The notes below the pieces were generated by a model. That model was not told the DNA's origin. It ran no database searches and saw nothing but the letters and a program-made list of their open reading frames with translations. DNA of 64,000 nucleotides from a bacterium (GTDB lineage: Bacteria; UBA8248), in the NCBI GenBank assembly GCA_965261085.1, contig OZ253442.1:64001-128000 (forward strand), written 5' to 3'. This document shows positions 57,526 through 64,000 of the stretch, one piece after another. Positions within the stretch are counted from its first letter, which is position 1; every line of letters starts with the position of its first letter. Both the position numbers and the translations under genes were made by a program.

Positions 57526-58803
57526 ATGTTCGACTACCGAATGACGGATGAACAAGAGGAGTATCAAAGAATAGCGCATGAATTCGCGCGGGATGAAATC
57601 CGGCCCATCAGCCTGGAGCTGGACCACCAGCAAGACCCGCTCAAGTGCGCCTATATGCCCCATCTTCTCGAAAAACTCGACAAGACCGGCCTGAGAACGA
57701 TGAGCATTCCCAAGGAATACGGCGGAGGCGGCGTGGACGATTTGCTCACGCACTGCATCGTGGGCGAGGAGATTTCCTGGGGCGACAGGGGCGCCACGGG
57801 GTTCATGCTCTCCTCCACGAAGATCTCCCACATCCTCACGAGCGAGCTTTTGGGGGACCCGGAACTGGCGGACTACTGGATGCGCGAGTACGTGAGCGAC
57901 CCCACGTTCCTCATCGGCACGGCGACGACCGAGCCCGCCTCGGGCTCCGAGAACCAGATTCCCTACAACGGGGCGGACGGCGGATACCAGACCACCGCCG
58001 TGCTCGACGGCGACAATTACATCGTGAACGGAAAGAAACATTTTATATCCAACGTGGGCTGGGCGCGGCTCATGTTCACGTTCGTTCGCACGAACCCCGA
58101 CGTGGGCGTCGAGCAGGGAGCTTCTCTCCTCATGGTGCCGATGGACACGCCCGGCGTCCGCATGGGCAAGGCGCACAACAAGATGGGCTACCGTCTGAAC
58201 CAGAACGCGGAGATCATCTTCGAGGACGCGATAATCCCCGCGAAATACCGCCTAGGCCCCGAGAACTGCGGCGTCTCCTACATCAGACGCCATCTGCGCG
58301 GCGACGCCCTCATCAACGCGGCGGGCCAGATTGGCGTGGCGCGCGCCGCGTATGAAAAATCACTCGAATTCGCGCAAAACCGGCTCCAGAGCGGACGCCC
58401 CATCGCGCACCACCAGTCGATCGGCATCAAGCTCGTCGACATGTACACGAAAATACAGGCGGCGCGCGCCTATGTGCACTACGCGGCATGGCGTCAGGAC
58501 ATGCGCCACGAGATTCCCGTCGACCCGCCCATGACGCTCTCCGCCAGCGCCTTCGCGCACGAAATCTCCTGCGACGTCACCAAGATGGCGATGGAGATAC
58601 ACGCGGGCGTGGGCGTTCAGCGCGAGAATTTTCTCGAAAAATGGTTCCGAGATACCCACAACATGCTCTTCTCGAGCGACGGCGGTAACAACATGAAGAA
58701 GGTGCGCGCGATGTACGCCATCACGGGCGAGTGGGGCGCGCGAAGCGATGATGAAAACCCCGTGCCCGGCGGCGCATACGTCTCCGCCGGAGACGGCCTC
58801 TAG
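57526..58803 (+). CDS. acyl-CoA dehydrogenase family protein
   Basis: IPKEYGG, TEPASGS, NGKKHFISN, KMGYR, R.Q.GRPI..HQ, EIHAGVG...EKWFRD. Confidence 0.9.
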   Translation: MFDYRMTDEQEEYQRIAHEFARDEIRPISLELDHQQDPLKCAYMPHLLEKLDKTGLRTMSIPKEYGGGGVDDLLTHCIVGEEISWGDRGATGFMLSSTKISHILTSELLGDPELADYWMREYVSDPTFLIGTATTEPASGSENQIPYNGADGGYQTTAVLDGDNYIVNGKKHFISNVGWARLMFTFVRTNPDVGVEQGASLLMVPMDTPGVRMGKAHNKMGYRLNQNAEIIFEDAIIPAKYRLGPENCGVSYIRRHLRGDALINAAGQIGVARAAYEKSLEFAQNRLQSGRPIAHHQSIGIKLVDMYTKIQAARAYVHYAAWRQDMRHEIPVDPPMTLSASAFAHEISCDVTKMAMEIHAGVGVQRENFLEKWFRDTHNMLFSSDGGNNMKKVRAMYAITGEWGARSDDENPVPGGAYVSAGDGL

Positions 58804-58831
58804 GCCCATCAAGAACAAGGGAGGAAAAAGG

Positions 58832-59212
58832 GTGGCCTCACGAACCCATCACGTGCACCATGTCGCCAAGGACCCCCAGGCGGCGGCCGATTTCTACATC
58901 AACCATTTTGGCGGCGAGTTGTTCACACCCGAGATAAAATACAGGGGTTCTCCCTACATCAGCGTGATGCTCGGGGAGGTGGAGATTCGCATTCGCGGCT
59001 TGAGAGCCGATGAGGACGATACGATGGCGAAGGTGGGCCGCGGCCTCCACCATTTCGGGATTCAGGTCGAAGGCATCGACGAAGTGGCCGAACGCCTGGA
59101 GAAAGCGGGCGTCGTCTTCACGAAAAAACCCGGAGACGGCGTTCTGGGCTCGAAGACGGCCTTCATCATAGCGCCCGATAACGTCGTGATCGAACTGGTG
59201 GAAGAACCTTAA
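58832..59212 (+). CDS. VOC/glyoxalase family protein
   Basis: HHVH, GLHHFGIQV, AFI.APD.V.IELVE; GTG after GGAGG. Confidence 0.88.
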   Translation: MASRTHHVHHVAKDPQAAADFYINHFGGELFTPEIKYRGSPYISVMLGEVEIRIRGLRADEDDTMAKVGRGLHHFGIQVEGIDEVAERLEKAGVVFTKKPGDGVLGSKTAFIIAPDNVVIELVEEP

Positions 59213-59297
59213 AAACGATTCGCTTTTTCACGAGAACCATTCGGGGCGCTATACGCGGTTTCCCATTCTCGCCGCAAGGGCGTCCCCGCCAGAGGAG

Positions 59298-60527
59298 ATG
59301 AAAATCATGCCGGGATTCGCACGGGGCCAATTCAACGTCGACTACGAGGAGCGCGTCGACGTGAGCGCGCTTCGCCAGAAGCGCGTGGACAAGGCGCAAA
59401 AAGCGATGGCCGAGGAGGATATCGACGCCCTTTTCCTCTGGAAGGTCGAGAACGTGCGCTACCTCACGAGCATGCGCTCTTCTTTTCTGGCCCACCGCGA
59501 GGGAACGAGGAACGCCGTCATCCTCCCGCGAGAGGGAAGAGCGCACGTCATGACCAACGGCGGGGAGATACCCCGCGTCTCGCGCGACATGCCCTGGATA
59601 GAAAAATTCCATCACTTGGCGAAGATGGAAGAACAACCCCTCGTCGACAAGATGATCCGAGAAACCCTTCGCCCCCTGTTCGAGGAGTTGGGCCTCATCG
59701 GCAAGAAGGTGGGCCTCGACCTGATGACGTTCATCCAGTTCAGCGCCTACCAGAAGCATCTGGACGACGTGGAGTTCGTGAACGGCGATTCGTTCATGCA
59801 CAAGGTGCGCCGGCACAAGATACCCGAGGAAATCTATATGATTCGCGAGGCCTGCGCGATAGCCGACGCCGTGAACGAGGAGGCCATGGACAGCGTGCGG
59901 GCGGGAAAACGCGAGTGCGACGTGGCAGCGGACGCGATGAAGGTGCTCCACCACTACGGGGGGGAAATGGCGCATCTCGTCTCCCCCTTCGTCGCCTCGG
60001 GCGAGCACATGTCGCCGCCCTACCGCTTCGCGAGCGATAAAATCATCCGAAGCGGCGACATGGTGTTCATCGACATCGGCGCGCAGTGGAACGGATATTT
60101 CGGCGACGTGGCCCGAACGATGATCTGCGGAAAACCCTCAAAACGGCAAAAGGAAATCTATACCGCCGTCCATGAATCCCTACAGTTGGGGCTCGAGCGC
60201 ACCCGCCCCGGATTCACGAACAAACAGGTGGCCGATCGAATCTGGGAGACGGGCGAGAAATACGATTTAAGAAAAAACTGGTTTTCACTCAGCATCGGCC
60301 ACGCGTTGGGCACCTCGCCCAACGAACCTCCCTACATCGGAGAGCCCGATCCGGACTCGGAAGAAGTCGACCTGGAACCCGGCATGGTATTCGCCATCGA
60401 GCCTCTCATCTGGGTGCCGGACGTACCCGGAGGCGGCGGCGTGCGCATCGAGGAGACGGTGCTCATCACCGAAGACGGCCATGAGGTATTGACGCGCTCG
60501 CGCATGGACGACCGCCTGCTTCTTTAA
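59298..60527 (+). CDS. M24 family Xaa-Pro peptidase-like protein
   Basis: Canonical ligands: IDIG, GDVART, GHALG, AIEP, RIEE. Confidence 0.9.
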   Translation: MKIMPGFARGQFNVDYEERVDVSALRQKRVDKAQKAMAEEDIDALFLWKVENVRYLTSMRSSFLAHREGTRNAVILPREGRAHVMTNGGEIPRVSRDMPWIEKFHHLAKMEEQPLVDKMIRETLRPLFEELGLIGKKVGLDLMTFIQFSAYQKHLDDVEFVNGDSFMHKVRRHKIPEEIYMIREACAIADAVNEEAMDSVRAGKRECDVAADAMKVLHHYGGEMAHLVSPFVASGEHMSPPYRFASDKIIRSGDMVFIDIGAQWNGYFGDVARTMICGKPSKRQKEIYTAVHESLQLGLERTRPGFTNKQVADRIWETGEKYDLRKNWFSLSIGHALGTSPNEPPYIGEPDPDSEEVDLEPGMVFAIEPLIWVPDVPGGGGVRIEETVLITEDGHEVLTRSRMDDRLLL

Positions 60528-60683
60528 GGTGAGCTTCTCCTGATTCCGGCTAGACGCCGAAAAACACTCAAAAAAAAACTACGCCGCACCTTCTGTGGGA
60601 TTCTCGATCCCGATTGAAGGCGAGGAACTCGCGGCGTAGAATGCCCGCGCCGTTCCCATCCAACATCATTCAGGAGGCTCGCG

Positions 60684-61784
60684 TTGGCGCTTTTCGATAG
60701 AAACGAACTAGGTATCGCCGTCGTGGGCGCCGGACGCATCGGCACGCACCGCTCCCGCCTCGCCGCGCAACACCCCGCCGTTCGCTTTCTCGCTATCTCC
60801 GATGCCGACCCCGAACGCGCGAAAACACTCGGCGCGCGCGTGGGCGCGCAAGTCGCCTCGGGAAGCAACGAGGAGGTCATCTCCCATCCCGACGTCGGCG
60901 CCGTCATCGTCTCGACTTCAGAGTTCGCCCACGTCGAGCCGGTGCTTCAGGCTCTGGAACTCGGCAAGCCCGTGCTGGTGGAAAAACCCATCGCGATGAC
61001 TCTGGAGGACGCCGATAAGCTGCTCAGCGCAGCGGAAAAATACGAGACCGACCTCCGCGTGGGCTACATCATGCGCTACAAGCGGCGCTATTTTCTTGGA
61101 AAAGAACAGATACAGCAGGGCCGGCTGGGGAGACTCATCGGCGCGACGGGCCGGGTATTCAACACCAGGGCGCAGGCGTTCGAGATATTAAAGCGCTCGG
61201 CAGACGCCACGCCCATTCTTGACGTGCTCACCTACTGGGTCGACATGATGTGCTGGTTCATGGAGGGAAATCCGCCCGTGGAGATCATCTGCCGGGGTGG
61301 AGGCATCGTCTTCAAGGAGGCGGGCTATCCGAACGTGGATGACGTGAGCTGGTCGATCATCACCTTCGCCGACGGCGCCACCGTGAACCTGGGCATCTGC
61401 TACGCGCTGCCTGCGAAATACCCCACCGCCGGGCAGAGCATCCGCCTCGAAATCATCGGTACGGACGGGGTGATGCTCTTCGATGAGGATCACAAGGAGA
61501 ACATCCTCTACACCGAAAAAGGCTATCCGCACGCCTATGTTCCCGACCATAACCTGCCGATGGTCTTCCTCGGCAGCACTTCTTCGGGCGACTGGGCGCT
61601 CGACACCATGTACGGCCCCATCGGCGATGAGACCAGGAGTTGGCTGGATCACCTCTCCACGGGGCGGCCCTGCCATCTCGCCACGGCGGAAGAAGCGCGC
61701 CAGACCCTGGAGGTGACCATCGCCATGGTGGAATCGGCGCGCACCGGGGATGCGGTGAAACTTCCCCTGGGAGAGGGGCACTAG
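60684..61784 (+). CDS. Gfo/Idh/MocA family oxidoreductase
   Basis: VVGAGRIG, VLVEKP. Confidence 0.9.
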   Translation: MALFDRNELGIAVVGAGRIGTHRSRLAAQHPAVRFLAISDADPERAKTLGARVGAQVASGSNEEVISHPDVGAVIVSTSEFAHVEPVLQALELGKPVLVEKPIAMTLEDADKLLSAAEKYETDLRVGYIMRYKRRYFLGKEQIQQGRLGRLIGATGRVFNTRAQAFEILKRSADATPILDVLTYWVDMMCWFMEGNPPVEIICRGGGIVFKEAGYPNVDDVSWSIITFADGATVNLGICYALPAKYPTAGQSIRLEIIGTDGVMLFDEDHKENILYTEKGYPHAYVPDHNLPMVFLGSTSSGDWALDTMYGPIGDETRSWLDHLSTGRPCHLATAEEARQTLEVTIAMVESARTGDAVKLPLGEGH

Positions 61785-61920
61785 CCCACAACCCGCTCCG
61801 GGGCTTGAATTATACGGCGCGCGCCATGCTATATGAGTATGCAGGCGGCGAACCCGGGGCCGCGCCCGCACAAGGTGAACCGAAGGTGCGGAAAATTTCT
61901 CCAGTGAATGAGTCTTGAAC

Positions 61921-63447
61921 ATGAACCCGACGAATCCGTTTCACGCCAGAAAGAGCGGCATCCTGCTCCACCCCACCTCACTGCCGAACGAGGCGCGCTT
62001 CGGTGACCTGGGACCCAGGGCGTTCGAGTTCGTCGATCTGCTCGCATCCTCCGGCCAGAGCTGGTGGCAGATGCTGCCCATATGCCCTGCGGACGAGACG
62101 GGCTCTCCTTACGTGTCCTCATCCACGTTTGCGGGAAACCCCCTGCTGATATCGCTCGATAGGCTGGCCGAAGAAGGCCTGCTCTCTCCGAAAGATTTGG
62201 AGACCCACCGCCCGCCCGCAAAGGAGCAAATCGAGCCAGCACAAGCGCTCCAAGCCCATGAATCGCTGCTTGCAAGGGCTTACGAGGCGTTCTCGAACGA
62301 TGGCGGGGGGCGCGACGCGGAATTTACGGAGTTTTGCGAAGCGCATTCGGGCTGGCTGGCCGATTACGCGAGGTTCGGGGCGCTCAAGCGCGCTTTCGGC
62401 GACTCCCACTGGTGGGAATGGCCCGAGGACGCAGGACACAGGAACCCCGGGGATCCCGTATTCGAAGAAAACATGCGCTACACGCATTTCGAGCAATTCA
62501 TTTTTCACCGCCAATGGAACGCGCTCAAGGATTACGCCGCGCAAAAAGGGGTCGGCTTAATCGGCGACATCCCCATCTACGTCGCCCATGATTCAGCGGA
62601 CGTATGGGCGCTGACGCATCTGTTCGAACTCGATGAATCGCGCCGCCCGAGCGCCTACGCGGGCGCGCCGCCCGATTACTTCAACCACGAGGGCCAGCAC
62701 TGGGGAAATCCCCTGTATGACTGGGCGGCGCACCGGGAAGAGAATTTCGCATGGTGGAAGATGCGCTTATCCGTGAACATCGCCCGGTTCGACGCCTTGC
62801 GCCTCGATCACTTCATCGGCTTCGCGCGCTTCTGGGCGATCCCGGCCGACGCGGAATCGCCCAAGGACGGCGCCTGGCGCGAGGGGCCGGGAGAGGCCTT
62901 CTTCAGCGCCATGGAAGAGGAATTCGGCGCCCTGCCGCTCATCGCCGAGGATCTGGGCGCAGTGGGCGACGACGTCCACGCCCTGCGGGATCGCTTCGGT
63001 CTGGCGAGTATGCGCGTCTTGCAGTTCGCCTTCGACGGCAGCCCGGACAACCCCCATCTCCCCCACAACATCCCCGAGAACGCGGTGGTCTACACCGGAA
63101 CGCACGATAACGACACGGCTCTCGGCTGGTTCCACGGCGCAGACCCGATTCTCCGCAACGAAACGCCCGCCGGCTTCGCCATCTCGCGCGCCATGGCGCT
63201 CAGGACCTTCGGGGGCGAACCGGAAGACATTCACTGGTCGATGATCCGCACGGCGCTCAATTCACGCGCCGCACTCGCCATCATCCCCGCGCAGGACGTC
63301 CTGGGTCTCGGCAACGAAGCCCGCATGAACCGCCCCGGCGTACCCCAGGGCAACTGGGTCTGGCGGATGAAGGCGGGCGCATGGAACGGGGAAATCCAGG
63401 AAAGACTCCGGAACATGACGCAGCGCAGCGGCCGCGCGCCTGAGTGA
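61921..63447 (+). CDS. malQ: 4-alpha-glucanotransferase (GH77)
   Basis: SGILLHPTSLP, GDIPIYV, GQHWGNPLY, RLDHFIGF, IAEDLG, YTGTHDNDT, ARMNRPG. Confidence 0.95.
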   Translation: MNPTNPFHARKSGILLHPTSLPNEARFGDLGPRAFEFVDLLASSGQSWWQMLPICPADETGSPYVSSSTFAGNPLLISLDRLAEEGLLSPKDLETHRPPAKEQIEPAQALQAHESLLARAYEAFSNDGGGRDAEFTEFCEAHSGWLADYARFGALKRAFGDSHWWEWPEDAGHRNPGDPVFEENMRYTHFEQFIFHRQWNALKDYAAQKGVGLIGDIPIYVAHDSADVWALTHLFELDESRRPSAYAGAPPDYFNHEGQHWGNPLYDWAAHREENFAWWKMRLSVNIARFDALRLDHFIGFARFWAIPADAESPKDGAWREGPGEAFFSAMEEEFGALPLIAEDLGAVGDDVHALRDRFGLASMRVLQFAFDGSPDNPHLPHNIPENAVVYTGTHDNDTALGWFHGADPILRNETPAGFAISRAMALRTFGGEPEDIHWSMIRTALNSRAALAIIPAQDVLGLGNEARMNRPGVPQGNWVWRMKAGAWNGEIQERLRNMTQRSGRAPE

Positions 63448-63522
63448 GGATGATCCGGCGCGCTATTTCTTTAATTGCAGGGAAAGGGATTTTTATTGGT
63501 CAAAAAAACGAGCGGGCATAAT

Positions 63523-64000
63523 TCACAAATCCGACAAACTGCTTCTTAATTTAGAGATAAACTCAACGGCTTTCCCAGCCTCACTTGGACTGATATGGGG
63601 TTTTAGTTCGACGATTTTGGTTGCTATTTCACCAGGAGCAATTTCTTTATTATTTTCAGAAACATAGTATGCCGTGGCGTATCTCTCCAAATCCCTCACA
63701 CCCATATAGGCGATTTTCTTCGCGATTTTCTCCACTTCGTCGGCATACCGTTCCATTGGTTTGGGGTATGTTTTCTTCAAGAGTTCCGCATTTTCTCCGG
63801 GTACCAGTTTCGGTCCATACGGCCTTTGCTGAGGCTGCAATTTCAAAAGATCATGCGCCCGCATCCAGGATATTTCATCGCTCAAGTCGAAGGAAAAGGG
63901 GCCATGTTTGTAAAGAATAAAATCGAACTCAAGTGGGACTTCCAGTAAATCTTGCAAAAAATAAGTCCCTTTCTGAACGTGCGTTTCCCCACACCAACTA
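63523..64000 (-). CDS. hypothetical protein, YwgA/Panacea-like (5' end outside the window)
   Basis: Open frame from the edge: WCGETHVQKGTYFLQ...FILYKHGPFSFDL...LERYAT; AT-rich. Confidence 0.55.
   Translation of the reverse strand, partial: SWCGETHVQKGTYFLQDLLEVPLEFDFILYKHGPFSFDLSDEISWMRAHDLLKLQPQQRPYGPKLVPGENAELLKKTYPKPMERYADEVEKIAKKIAYMGVRDLERYATAYYVSENNKEIAPGEIATKIVELKPHISPSEAGKAVEFISKLRSSLSDL

Overview
GC-rich bacterial chromosomal window with about 50 CDSs and one tRNA-Sec (selC). The core part holds addAB, rpmG-rpmB, homoserine dehydrogenase, malQ, four beta-hydroxyacid dehydrogenase paralogues and a GntR/HutC-controlled catabolic operon with a peptide-type ABC transporter. An accessory block at 1.6-15 kb encodes surface or secreted proteins: a Slam plus TbpB-like lipoprotein pair, two ankyrin proteins and a tandem RTX array. 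A third RTX gene and a RloA/RloB (AbiL-like) pair lie at 41.8-45.2 kb. This repertoire resembles host-associated (e.g. sponge-symbiont) genomes, which is an inference. The most unusual signals are non-coding or unannotated. (i) Two independent gene 3'-end duplications start at the same half-palindrome, CATYGGTCGGG-WTY-GACCCG. (ii) A 22-codon ORF with its own RBS encodes only the RTX C-terminal tail. (iii) A ~110-nt minus-strand structured RNA candidate lies upstream of the RTX array. (iv) A ~110-bp element with phased CGATAAA boxes is shared by both RTX loci, 31 kb apart. (v) Three palindromic operators precede an AAA_14/DUF4143 gene. No integrase, transposase, reverse transcriptase or CRISPR array was seen. 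All family calls come from motif recognition by eye, not database searches.
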